Shown: piece by piece, positions 21,011-31,599 of the stretch
Numbering within the stretch: position 1 is the stretch's first letter
Layout: each line of letters starts with the position of its first letter
Assembly: GCA_000165345.1 (NCBI GenBank)
Contig: CM000432.1
Location: 416,001-480,000, forward strand
Direction of reading: 5' to 3'
DNA length: 64,000 nt
The notes under the pieces: model-generated
Databases searched by the model: none
What the model was told of the DNA's origin: nothing
The model's input: only the letters and a program-made list of their open reading frames with translations
Program-made: the position numbers and the translations under genes

Positions 21011-23659
21011 TTATATTATATTGTTTTTCTTATTATAGTTCTCATAAAATTCTATTAACGAATGAGGTATTCGAGGCTTTACTTTATTTAAAGCAAAAGA
21101 TATATCTCTCCAAGTAAACTTGGCATGGTTACTAATTGAATCTTTGTTAGAATTTAAGCGGTTTGTAATAGTCCTTCTAATAACCTGCATCATAGTTTCC
21201 CTGCATAATAAAGCAAGTTCTGCACCGCTGTAACCGTTTGTTAAATTTACCAGTGAATCAATCATTTCATCATAACTATCAAAGATTTCCATATTAGTTA
21301 TATTATCACACAATTCAATAACTTCTAGGCTATCAATATTATGATTCGTAGCATTTAAACTGTCTAAATTTCCTTCAAAGCTAGTTCCATTATTATTATT
21401 ATCTTTATTACAATCATCAATTTGAATATAATTTTTTGATTTTAAATAAATATTCAAAATTTTCTTTCTTGCTTTTGAATCAGGGAGTCCAATATATATA
21501 ATTCGATCAAGTCTTCCAGGTCTAAGTAGTGCAGAATCTAATAAGTCGGGCCTATTAGTTGCGCCAATTACAATGACTTGTTTATTTGTTGTAATTCCAT
21601 CCATTTCATTTAACATTTGTGAAAGAACTCTAGTGCTGACATCAGAAGTATTTGACATACTTTCTCTATTTACTCCAATTGCATCAATTTCATCAAAAAA
21701 AATAATACAAGGAGAATTTTGTCTGGCTTTTCTAAAAATTTCACGTATAGACTTTTCAGATTCTCCTACCCATTTTGAAAAAAGTTCAGGACCTTTTACA
21801 CTAATGAAATTCATTTTACTCTCAGTAGCAACAGCTTTTGCCATTAATGTTTTTGAACATCCAGGTGGACCATATAGCAAGACTCCACTTGGAGGCTTTA
21901 TTTTCATATATTCAAAAAGTTCAGAGTGAATTAATGGCCATTCAACACATTCTTTAAGCTGTTCCTTAACTTCTTCATATCCTCCTATATCGTTCCAGTC
22001 AGTTTTGGGAATTTCTATAGCAAGTTCCCTAAGTGCAGAAGGTTTAATATTTTTAACACTATTATGAATATCATCAAATGAAAGAAGTGTAAATTGATCA
22101 TTGTCAACAAATTCTGTATTTGTGGTTCTTTCTAGAAACCTATTTATAGACTCGTTGATTAACATCTTTAAATCTGCGCCAACAAAGGCTTGAGTTTCAT
22201 CGACTAGAGAATCTATTTCAGAATCATTTAAATTATTTGGAATATCGATTAGCATAAGCTCAAGAATTTCCTTCCTTTCTAAACTATTTGGTACTTCCAC
22301 TGCTATTTCACGGTCAATTCTTCCAGCTCTTCTTAAAGCAGGATCGATTTCATTAGGTTTATTTGTCGTTGCAATCAATGTTACACGATTATTTTCATCA
22401 AATCCATCTAGTAAAGATAAGATTGCTGTTAGATATTTTTTGTTTTGATCATTTATTCCTGAAAAGCTATCCCTACTACCACAAATTAAATCAATCTCAT
22501 CAATAAATAGTATAGTATAAATGAATTCATCTTTCTTTGAGTTATCTTTTACCTTTTGGATACTATTAAAGAAATGGTTATCTTCATCATCTGTATTATT
22601 ACTAATATTACTCCCATCTATAACGATAAAATCAACGGATAATTCTAAGTCAGAATCTTGCTTAAATGTTGTAATTAATTCAATTTCTTCTGCAATAGAA
22701 CGAGCAATCAAAGTTTTTCCTGTCCCTGGTGGGCCATATAACAATATTCCTTTAGAAGGTTTTATTCCAAAAGATGAGTAAATTTTTGAAAATTTGAGGG
22801 GATTTATAATACATTTATTAATTTCGTGTTTCAAATGATTCATTCCTCCTATTTTATCCAGCCCATATTTCCTTTTACTTTGAGTTGGTTCATCGCTTAT
22901 AATGCTATCTTTTTTCTCATTACTTTTGCTTTTCTTCTTAATATTAAATAAATTGTTTTCAAAAACTAATTCAATTTTCGTTTGGTTACCTATCTTCACA
23001 ACTTTTGAATAGTCCTCAGAAAATTCCTGGTTCCTATTAAATTCATACACTTTAAAGTAGTAAACCATGGACGCAATTTGTATTGAAATTATATTACCTT
23101 GAAACACGCAAATTCCTCTAGATCTTGAAATGATGAGTTGTTGAATACCCTTATTATCATTGATAAATTCTGGAGTAGATTTTGATAAATACTTCATATT
23201 ATTCAAAGAGTTATTTAAATCAAGAATTCCAAAAAATTGTAGTATACAATGTTTATTAACCTCTATATTAATATTATTGTCCTTGGCAAAACTTCTCAAA
23301 GGAAATACTTCCAATTGGCCAGAATCTTCATCTATTATATTTAGGTTATTCATAACCAACTCTCCAATCAGTCCTTGGTTATCTCCAAATTTAATATTTG
23401 ATTCCAATGATCTGACTGTCACACACGTAGATTTTTCCAGATATCTTATTACACAAATAGTACCATTTGCTATTCCTATTTGATTTAATGTACTTTCAGA
23501 AACACGCAATTCCAAGATATTTGACCTTGAAATATCCTTGCTTATTGTAATATTTAGTAAATATGGCCATTTTAGTGGAATATTTATATTTGATTCACTT
23601 TTTATTAATTCATTTTTTTCTTCATTAAAAGAATTTTTTTGTTTCTGTTTATTTTTCAT
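21011..23659 (-). CDS. Type II AAA+ ATPase (882 aa) with an N-domain and two AAA cassettes, in the CDC48 / AFG2(SPATA5) / NVL family
   Basis: D1 has a Walker A GILLYGPPGTGKTLIARSIA and a divergent insert-bearing core. D2 has GVLLYGPPGCSKTLMAKAVA...IIFFDEIDAIG...GATNRPDLLDSALLRPGRLDRIIYIGLPD, which is the canonical motif set. D1 is too divergent for this to be Cdc48 itself. Its stop lies 25 bp from the convergent NF-YB-like gene. Confidence 0.85.
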   Translation of the reverse strand: MKNKQKQKNSFNEEKNELIKSESNINIPLKWPYLLNITISKDISRSNILELRVSESTLNQIGIANGTICVIRYLEKSTCVTVRSLESNIKFGDNQGLIGELVMNNLNIIDEDSGQLEVFPLRSFAKDNNINIEVNKHCILQFFGILDLNNSLNNMKYLSKSTPEFINDNKGIQQLIISRSRGICVFQGNIISIQIASMVYYFKVYEFNRNQEFSEDYSKVVKIGNQTKIELVFENNLFNIKKKSKSNEKKDSIISDEPTQSKRKYGLDKIGGMNHLKHEINKCIINPLKFSKIYSSFGIKPSKGILLYGPPGTGKTLIARSIAEEIELITTFKQDSDLELSVDFIVIDGSNISNNTDDEDNHFFNSIQKVKDNSKKDEFIYTILFIDEIDLICGSRDSFSGINDQNKKYLTAILSLLDGFDENNRVTLIATTNKPNEIDPALRRAGRIDREIAVEVPNSLERKEILELMLIDIPNNLNDSEIDSLVDETQAFVGADLKMLINESINRFLERTTNTEFVDNDQFTLLSFDDIHNSVKNIKPSALRELAIEIPKTDWNDIGGYEEVKEQLKECVEWPLIHSELFEYMKIKPPSGVLLYGPPGCSKTLMAKAVATESKMNFISVKGPELFSKWVGESEKSIREIFRKARQNSPCIIFFDEIDAIGVNRESMSNTSDVSTRVLSQMLNEMDGITTNKQVIVIGATNRPDLLDSALLRPGRLDRIIYIGLPDSKARKKILNIYLKSKNYIQIDDCNKDNNNNGTSFEGNLDSLNATNHNIDSLEVIELCDNITNMEIFDSYDEMIDSLVNLTNGYSGAELALLCRETMMQVIRRTITNRLNSNKDSISNHAKFTWRDISFALNKVKPRIPHSLIEFYENYNKKNNII

Positions 23660-24058
23660 TTCATTATTAAATAAATAAGTTACTGTTTAAAATAGTGATG
23701 AATATTTTTCTATTTAAATAATTATTTTTTTAAAAAAATAATTATTTAAATTTATTTACAAAAAATTACAAGTTTTATTAAATTGCCGGTATTGGTCTAA
23801 TTATACATTAAATTCATATGGACAATAATTTTACATACCCCAGAATTAATTAAATTTTTTTTGTGGCAAAATATTTTTTTGAGAATTTATAACCGGTTTT
23901 CATGCGTTTGAAAAAAATATAAAATAATTTGAAAAAATAGATCAAGTTGTTTTTTAAAATTAAAAAAAACAGCTTTATATAATAAAATTCTAGTGAATTT
24001 ATTACGAAAATATAATGACTTAAGATTAATCATGATCATTTTATCATTAAAGTACTGA

Positions 24059-27000
24059 ATGCAATTTCTTAATAAAGAAATTAAAAAGATATGTGGAATA
24101 AATATCATCAAAAAAATATTTGTTTTTGAAAATGAACGAAGACACTCTGAGAGAGATGGTTATAATAATGGGTTTGCTATCGAAAAATATCATGGAGCTA
24201 TTAAAGACTTTAACAATAAGAAAAGTCCTAATATTTTGAACCAATACAGAAACGAATTTGGGAAAACATTTAAAAGAAATATCGATAATATTTCTCAGGT
24301 CTCTTTTTACAAATTAAAAGAATTGAATAATTTTTGTTTTATTGTCAAAGAAGTTGATTTTGAAAATACCCAATTAACTAAGTATATCTGGAAAACTGTA
24401 GGGGCCAATTTGAATCAAAAAATTGATATAAATGAATTAATAAATATATTAATCAAAAAAAATGAAAATAAATACCTTGAAAAATTAAAATATTTAGAGT
24501 TGATCTTGCAGGTTGAAAGCAAATTCAAATTAATTATTGATAAAATATTTGGGAATTTAATTAAATATTTAAAGTTTGATAAAAATATTGGAGAAAAAAA
24601 AATGGATTTTTTTGATCTAATTATAATGGAATGCCCTTCCATTAGATATTTTGAAAAAATATTATTTAACAATATTAAATCCCCAAACTTTGAAAATTTT
24701 GCTGAATGCCTATATGACAGATTGATAAAAACCCTTAAACTTAATGATGATCATGAATTGAATACTATTATTCACCAAATTGCTAATATTGCATTAATTT
24801 CAGAACACTTATTCAAACTGTGGTCAAAAGAATTTGGAGAATTGCATTTTCATTCAAATTTGATGGAAAATTTTCAATCTAGTAGTGAAAAAGAAGTTAA
24901 TAGTGATAAGAAGGACTTGCTAGACCTTATTTTAATTTATGGATTTTTAATTGGGAATAAACTAGAAAACAAAGTGCTTAAAGATAAAGAAATTTTAGTT
25001 ATCTTAAATAAACTTAGTAAATTACTGAAAGAAGCAAATCATTTTCCCATTTATAATCAAATTAAATTGTTGATCGAATTAATTATATTACAATTATCTC
25101 AAGAATCAATTAATTCTCCTGAAATAAAGCTATGCACATTGAAAATTGTTAATGAAGTTATTGAAAATAGCTTTAATAATTTATTAGTCGCATTAATTAT
25201 TGGAAATATTTTTAAAAATTACGACTATAAAATTTCAAGTAAAGACAAAATATTACATGAAGAATTAATTTCTATTATTAATAAATACTTCTTGAAAGAA
25301 AAAACTATGAACAATAATCAACTTTTAAAAAGTGGCATTAACATATTAATAAATAATATAGATATTGAAAATTTAGAACTAATATTAAATAAATTCTTGA
25401 TTAATTCTAGTATGATAAAAAGTATCTTCGAATTAATTTTTATTAAGATACAAAGTCAAATATTAAGTTGTATAGATACTTTGAAAGAAGACCATTTTGA
25501 ACCAAAACAAATTAATTTTGGTTTATTGAATCAAGTGATTAATTTTTATAAAGATACAAATTTGAATAACAATTATTTAGAGAATTCTATTATGTTAAAC
25601 TTTATAAAAACTTTGAAAATGACGGAGGAAAAAAAAATTAATAATGAAGAAAACAAATCTGTTAAGTTTAACATCGAACAAAGTAAAGTCAACGTAATAA
25701 AATTAATTTCTATGATTAACACAAAATTTGATAAATATTATGAACACAAAGTTGAAGAACATAAACTAATTAAAATAATCAATTCTTATTGTTTAAGCAA
25801 AATTATTCAAAATATTTTGAAGGAAAATTTAACAAAAGACTCTTGTAATTGGGGATTAATTCATGAAGGAATAAAATTTTTAAATAATTATTTATTATTA
25901 GCATTCAATTTTAATTTATTGGAAAACATTGATGAAATTTATGAATTTTCCAAATTTACCATGAATGAAATAAAAAAATGTTTCATTAATGATAAATCAA
26001 ACCAAATAGAATTGAAATCTTCTATTCCACAATCAAATATATACTTTGAAGTATTGAGATTAATACATAATGCATCTTACATTTCAAATTATAAAACAAA
26101 AGAAAATACTGATATTGATTCTTTACAATTATTAAATCAAGGTATTATTCCTTTTAATTTAAATATTAAAGAAGATAATCAGGATTTTCTATTAACAAAA
26201 ATAAATGATTACTTTAATTCTGCTATTAATAAAAAAGATATAACCAAATCTAATAATAACAATAATATAAATTTAATCTTCATTCATGGGTTTCTTGGAA
26301 GTGCTTTTAAATCTTGGAATATTGATATATCTAAAGAAAGTAAAATTCCAATAATTATTGATGATAATTTTCAAAGTAATATTATTGCAGAGCACAGAAA
26401 AGAAGATAATTCAAATATTAAATTAATTCAAAAAAAAAATTCGAATATTATCTCAAAACTGGAAAAAAATAATTATTTAATTTGGCCAAGAATACTATTA
26501 TCTGAAAACAAAAATCTGAAAATGTTTGCAGTTGATTATTCACACGAAATATTTAATCAAAATCAATCAATTACTTTAAAAGAAATTTCTGAAGAAATTT
26601 ATTTAAAATTATTAAAAGCAAATATTTTAACAAAAGATATAAAAAATTATCAAGAAAAAAATAATATAATAATTTGTCATTCAATGGGTGGAATATTACT
26701 AAAACTAATAATATCAAACCATCCAGAGATTACTAAAAGTATTAAAGGGATAATATTTTTTGGGACTCCTCACTTTGGAACAAATCTACATTCGAATATA
26801 ATTAAAATTTTAAAAAAAAAAGTTTCATCTTATATTATAGAACTTTCTTCTCATTATAACATCAAACAATTAAAAAAATTGAATTCCAGATTTCAAAAAT
26901 TGATTTATTCAATTCCAAAACAAGAAAGGCCATTAATATATTCATTTTCAGAATGTCTACCATGCAAAATACCATTCTTGTTTAATATTAGTAAAGTAAT

Positions 27001-27136
27001 AGTTCCACATTTTAATTCAAATCCATTTATTGGTAACTTTTTTATATTAAAAACAGATCATAACTTTATAAATAAGCTAACAATTTACAGAAGTGATATA
27101 AGATATTTGCTTATTCAGAATTTAATTGATTTATAA
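24059..27136 (+). CDS. SERAC1-like protein. It has a long helical (ARM/HEAT-like) N-terminal region and a C-terminal PGAP1-like alpha/beta serine hydrolase domain
   Basis: C-terminal motifs are LIFIHGFLGSAFKSW (oxyanion/HG region), IIICHSMGGILLKLII (GXSXG nucleophile elbow, as in PGAP1 and SERAC1) and GIIFFGTPHFG. Confidence 0.7.
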   Translation: MQFLNKEIKKICGINIIKKIFVFENERRHSERDGYNNGFAIEKYHGAIKDFNNKKSPNILNQYRNEFGKTFKRNIDNISQVSFYKLKELNNFCFIVKEVDFENTQLTKYIWKTVGANLNQKIDINELINILIKKNENKYLEKLKYLELILQVESKFKLIIDKIFGNLIKYLKFDKNIGEKKMDFFDLIIMECPSIRYFEKILFNNIKSPNFENFAECLYDRLIKTLKLNDDHELNTIIHQIANIALISEHLFKLWSKEFGELHFHSNLMENFQSSSEKEVNSDKKDLLDLILIYGFLIGNKLENKVLKDKEILVILNKLSKLLKEANHFPIYNQIKLLIELIILQLSQESINSPEIKLCTLKIVNEVIENSFNNLLVALIIGNIFKNYDYKISSKDKILHEELISIINKYFLKEKTMNNNQLLKSGINILINNIDIENLELILNKFLINSSMIKSIFELIFIKIQSQILSCIDTLKEDHFEPKQINFGLLNQVINFYKDTNLNNNYLENSIMLNFIKTLKMTEEKKINNEENKSVKFNIEQSKVNVIKLISMINTKFDKYYEHKVEEHKLIKIINSYCLSKIIQNILKENLTKDSCNWGLIHEGIKFLNNYLLLAFNFNLLENIDEIYEFSKFTMNEIKKCFINDKSNQIELKSSIPQSNIYFEVLRLIHNASYISNYKTKENTDIDSLQLLNQGIIPFNLNIKEDNQDFLLTKINDYFNSAINKKDITKSNNNNNINLIFIHGFLGSAFKSWNIDISKESKIPIIIDDNFQSNIIAEHRKEDNSNIKLIQKKNSNIISKLEKNNYLIWPRILLSENKNLKMFAVDYSHEIFNQNQSITLKEISEEIYLKLLKANILTKDIKNYQEKNNIIICHSMGGILLKLIISNHPEITKSIKGIIFFGTPHFGTNLHSNIIKILKKKVSSYIIELSSHYNIKQLKKLNSRFQKLIYSIPKQERPLIYSFSECLPCKIPFLFNISKVIVPHFNSNPFIGNFFILKTDHNFINKLTIYRSDIRYLLIQNLIDL

Positions 27137-27463
27137 CGCATTAATTTTGTTGAAATCAAAATTCCAGTTCTTGAGACGATCAATATTGTTTTGTGAAATT
27201 GAGACAATAATGAATGAGGTAAGATATTTTAGGATAAATAGTATTAGCCAAATAATAATAATGTGATTAATGCACAAAGCTGAGTGTAATCTTGAGAATA
27301 GTAAAACACACATTAATAAAATAGTAAGTGGTAGTGATATAAAGCCTATTCTTCTCGAAACTATATATGGAAATGCATAAATACCTCTTAATTTCTTTGA
27401 AATAAAAATAGGATCTTGTTTTGAAGTCTTTGATTCAACTTTATTGAAATTATCGCTCTTCAT
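27131..27463 (-). CDS. Possible small two-TM membrane protein (110 aa). This call is uncertain
   Basis: An ATG ORF with two strong hydrophobic helices lies in the 490-bp gap between two larger genes. Its stop overlaps the stop of the 24059..27136 gene by 6 nt. No homology is recognised, so it could be spurious. Confidence 0.25.
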   Translation of the reverse strand: MKSDNFNKVESKTSKQDPIFISKKLRGIYAFPYIVSRRIGFISLPLTILLMCVLLFSRLHSALCINHIIIIWLILFILKYLTSFIIVSISQNNIDRLKNWNFDFNKINAL

Positions 27464-27624
27464 TTTCTTTATTTTAGCATCATCTTTATTTTGTATTGAA
27501 GAAACATCTGTTTCTAAACCTATAGTATTTCCTCTAAATAAGGAATATGTGCCTTGTCTAGTTAGGTTTCCAATGGAAGAAGAATTATTATTAAATTTGC
27601 TATTATTAAATGTGCTTTTACTGA

Positions 27625-29610
27625 TTAATTTTTCAAAAGAATTATTTTCTTCCAGGTTTTTTTATTAAAATCAATCATTAAATATTGAAATGCTTGATTT
27701 GAACCTCTTGAAAGTAAAATATCACCAATCAATGGATCTAAATAACTAAAATAGCAATTGGAATTAATCTTGGTAAATTTTACAAGAAATGAATGGTTAA
27801 ACCAATCAACGATAATTTCTACCAAATAAACTGATACAACCCATGTAATTACTGAAGAAAAAATAGAATCTGTATAAAGTCTTGCATTTGAGTACATTCT
27901 GATAAATAAAATGCAACCATCATACAAAAGTTGAAACCTTTCAATAGTGTCTGAACATGAAACTGTAAATAAAGAAATTGAATGATAAGTCTTAAAAACG
28001 GTTGATTTAATTTCTGCAAAGTTATTGGTTATTACAATCAGAAACATGGTGTACTCTGATGAATTTAGTGAAATATTTAATGCTAATCCTCTAATCATAT
28101 GAATAGTACAGTGAATTATTAAGTAAATTATTACCAAAAAATACTTTGAAAAAGAATCAATGAATAATTTTGTAAAACTTGGATGACTTTTTTCTTGTTT
28201 AAAACTTCCATCAACAAATCCAATATATGTAAAGAATTTAATAACTGATTCCAAATATGTATCAATTAAATCTCTTCCAAAAGATCTGAATAGTTTTTCA
28301 AATATTTCCAGCATATTAAAAATGAAATATAACTTTAATAATCCTTGCCCTCTGATATAATGGTAAAAAAATGAGATATCAAGCCTGCTGAAAATATAAA
28401 TAGATAACAATAAAACTAAGAATCTTGAGAAGTCAGTTAACTCAACAGCAGTGAATCTAAAATACTTTTTAAGGTTAATACTTAATAATGGCTTTAAATC
28501 TTGTTTATTCTTATTATAGATATGATGACTATTAATTTCATCATAGAATATGTCAGAAGCTGAAATAGATTGCAATTCTGATTCTTCTAAANATNATCTT
28601 TGGNCATTCATTCTATATGAGTGAATATGATTTTTAATTTGTGGGAAAAAATTGTTATTTTTACTAAGAAATCCATCATCCTTACTTTTCATGTTGAATC
28701 TAAATCTCAATTTATTATCGTACTCTGGAATATTTATCAAACTTTTGCTTTTAATTTGTTTATCTTCGAATAAATATCCAACACTAGAATTCTCGATTAA
28801 TTCATTATTGTTTTTATATCCCATATTATTTTGTTCTTTATTAGTATTTTGAATAAGATTCCAAGAATTTGAATCAATAGAATAATCGTTTTCAATATTA
28901 TCTTCTGAATTATTATAATTATCAGCTCTTTGAATTATTGAATCATTCTGGAAATAAGTTGATTTACCTGTAATTAGAAACATAAATATATTAGTAATAT
29001 TCAAAAATATTAATAAAAATAATTTTAGTAATGCTATCATTGAATTNATTGGTAGAAACGTTAAATCATATAGGATTGTATCGAAGCAAAGTAGCATTGA
29101 GAAGTTAAGGAGGTACTCTAATTTCTTTGGTACTTGATAAACTTCATTTAAAAAATTATTAGGAATTCGATCATTAAAACTATCTTCGTCAAATTCAAAG
29201 TAATCAACATTTTTTTTTTCAAGTACATTTTCACTTCTAATTTCAGACCAAATGAATTCCAAAGATGATATTATATTATTCTCCATTCTATTCCCATTTT
29301 GGTTATTGTAATCCTTTAAATCATCAATTTGTTCTTCATTACTACTACTTAAATTACTAACACTATTACTTTCTTCTTCTAAATGATTGACATAATTTTC
29401 TTGATTACTGGATAATTTAATAACTTCATTATTTGTTTTCTCACGGGAATGAGAATTTTCATTTAATAGCATTTCTTTGTATGTTGATACATTATTGTTA
29501 CTATTATGGCCGTTTGTGTACAAATTTAACTTTTCAGAATCCTCCATATTATTAAGGGTTTCATCCTTAACTAACATATTTTGAGTACTTTTGTTCTGTT
29601 TCTTAGACAT
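27625..29610 (-). CDS. Multi-pass membrane protein with an Asn/Ser-rich N-terminus, possibly TAPT1/Emp65 (DUF747) family
   Basis: A C-terminal block, NNFAEIKSTVFKTYHSISLFTVSCSDTIERFQLLYDGCILFIRMYS, resembles the conserved DUF747 core (VFKK...SD..ERF). There are multiple TM helices. The gene contains 4 N ambiguity codes (28593, 28596, 28605, 29047). Confidence 0.55.
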   Translation of the reverse strand: MSKKQNKSTQNMLVKDETLNNMEDSEKLNLYTNGHNSNNNVSTYKEMLLNENSHSREKTNNEVIKLSSNQENYVNHLEEESNSVSNLSSSNEEQIDDLKDYNNQNGNRMENNIISSLEFIWSEIRSENVLEKKNVDYFEFDEDSFNDRIPNNFLNEVYQVPKKLEYLLNFSMLLCFDTILYDLTFLPXNSMIALLKLFLLIFLNITNIFMFLITGKSTYFQNDSIIQRADNYNNSEDNIENDYSIDSNSWNLIQNTNKEQNNMGYKNNNELIENSSVGYLFEDKQIKSKSLINIPEYDNKLRFRFNMKSKDDGFLSKNNNFFPQIKNHIHSYRMNXQRXXLEESELQSISASDIFYDEINSHHIYNKNKQDLKPLLSINLKKYFRFTAVELTDFSRFLVLLLSIYIFSRLDISFFYHYIRGQGLLKLYFIFNMLEIFEKLFRSFGRDLIDTYLESVIKFFTYIGFVDGSFKQEKSHPSFTKLFIDSFSKYFLVIIYLIIHCTIHMIRGLALNISLNSSEYTMFLIVITNNFAEIKSTVFKTYHSISLFTVSCSDTIERFQLLYDGCILFIRMYSNARLYTDSIFSSVITWVVSVYLVEIIVDWFNHSFLVKFTKINSNCYFSYLDPLIGDILLSRGSNQAFQYLMIDFNKKTWKKIILLKN

Positions 29611-29900
29611 TATGCTGTAATGTTACAGTTGATTGCATTTGGGTTATTAATACATTATTTGTAATATTCATTTATTTTTTCAAAAGAAAATATTTTTGAA
29701 ATGGCGGTAATACTTTAAACTTGCTGGCAATTCTAAATAATGCATGCATAAAAATAAGAGGAAAATTTTTGAACTATTTAAACCAATAAGATCAATTATG
29801 GAAATAATAATACTATTAATGTATGCTATATAGTAAAAATCTCATTAAAAAAATTAACAATTTATACTATTAAATTATATTTAATGTAAATAAAAACTAT

Positions 29901-30629
29901 TCAGCCGTGCTGATAAAGCATCTTAGATCCGCTATTAGCAATCCAGACAGTAGAGATAGATGAAGAATCACCAACAATAGAAGTAACAAATTTCATAAAG
30001 CAAAAAGATTTAAAATTGAACGATACTCCAGATGTCCATGCAATTACGGTACCTGCGCCAAGCTCAATTTGTTCATTTGGTTGTAAAGTATACCGGATGA
30101 TACTTTCATCACCTCGGAGGTAGACAATATCAATATCTTCATCCTCATTATCTGAAGAGTTCACATCCCTTAAATTGCCAATATTTCTTGGTGCATGCTC
30201 AAATTTATTACAATTTCTATATGGAATACTTCTACTGCATATTCTGCTTCTAATAATATCGCCTGTAACTACATGCCCAACTCCCTCTCTTGAATATAAC
30301 GTACCAAATTTTTTCATTGGTACTGGAAAAAATTTCATTCCAGAAGAACAAGAATCCAAAACTATTAAAGATGGTTCAGTCAAAATTACATCTGTAAGCC
30401 ACCAAATTGAACGCTCTAATTTCAATTGTTTATTTGAAAATAAAATACGTGTTGGAGATTCATAGCTTAACTTTTCGTCCTTTTTTAAACGTAAGATAAG
30501 TTTACTACCATCAACAATTGACCTTGGAATCACGCTTATTATATTTTCTGCATTTATTTCAATTTCTTCCCTATTATTTGTATTATTAGTACTTGACCTG
30601 TCTACAATTTCCTGTTCTAAGTTTTGCAT
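29901..30629 (-). CDS. Hypothetical protein, possibly AIM24/DUF124-like
   Basis: The track start at 30641 is a TTG and the first ATG gives MQNLEQEIVDRSS... The segment LQPNEQIELGAGTVIAWTSGVSFNF resembles the AIM24 beta-rich consensus. The assignment is weak. Confidence 0.5.
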   Translation of the reverse strand: MQNLEQEIVDRSSTNNTNNREEIEINAENIISVIPRSIVDGSKLILRLKKDEKLSYESPTRILFSNKQLKLERSIWWLTDVILTEPSLIVLDSCSSGMKFFPVPMKKFGTLYSREGVGHVVTGDIIRSRICSRSIPYRNCNKFEHAPRNIGNLRDVNSSDNEDEDIDIVYLRGDESIIRYTLQPNEQIELGAGTVIAWTSGVSFNFKSFCFMKFVTSIVGDSSSISTVWIANSGSKMLYQHG

Positions 30630-30963
30630 TATATTCTCCAATTTTTAAAAGTTCAGATAACAATGGAAATATTATTAATATTTATATTTTATTAAGTTAC
30701 TACTTGTAAATTATATACTAGATATCAATCTGTTTTTAACAGTGATTTGTAATTTAGCTACTTACAAAATCTAGAATATAAACTCCAGCGTAGTTCGAAA
30801 ATTATGAATAGTAACGATTTACTTGATTCAAAATAAATTGTATAAATCCGTATGCGTAAATATATATTTCTTTTTTACTATAGCATTCGATTAAAAATTA
30901 AAAATATCACGAAGGTACCGCCCAATTCACCGCCAAATAGAGTATCTGAGAGGCCCCACACAT

Positions 30964-30986
30964 TTTTTTTTTTTTTTTTTTTTTTT
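30964..30986. repeat. T23 homopolymer in the divergent intergenic region, immediately after a GC-rich block with two GGCGG half-sites (30918..30937)
   Basis: The sequence is ggtaccgcccaattcaccgccaaatagagtatctgagaggccccacacaT(23). Confidence 0.6.
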
Positions 30987-31599
30987 ATTTAAAAAATAAT
31001 GAAATTGCCAAATTCAAAAAAAAATGTTATTTTGTACTAAATATGAATGTATAGATATATATGCATAACTATTAAATAGTAGAAATATTTTATTTTTATG
31101 ATTTATATAACTTTCTAGATTAGCTTTCTTGTTATATTAAACCTGAGTTATTTTTCAATTTTTTTTGCAAAAAAAATCAGTTTAACCTTGATTCTCCGAT
31201 TAATTGTTTATATTTTATTTCTACATTTTTTTTTTTTATTATTTAAATTATTTGATTTTGCATGCAGTAGGCGCTGCCACGTAATTATCTAGTATTATAT
31301 ATTTAAATAAAAATCCGCAAATGAAGCTTTGTAAAATAATCAGTTAATTATACGAATATTTTATAACAGAACACTTTACTGCAAGTTGTTTATTGTATTC
31401 ATTGATGGATTTATTATAATTATCTCTAATCATCTTCTTAAACTTTCAATTCTAACTTTTTTTTTAATAGTTAAGATTGTATTTAATAAAGCTTTATTAT
31501 CGTGTTAATTAATGGAATATTAATCTCATCTCAAAATTTTCGAGTTGTAGTATGATATGATTATAAAATTTTTTACAAAGTTTAGATTTTTCATTGAAA

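Noticed and set aside
30781-30800. A GTTCGAA T-loop-like string, which raised the possibility of a tRNA
   Set aside because: No complementary acceptor stem, D-arm or anticodon-arm can be drawn around it. No other tRNA-like T-loop (GGTTCGAATCC) occurs anywhere in the window.
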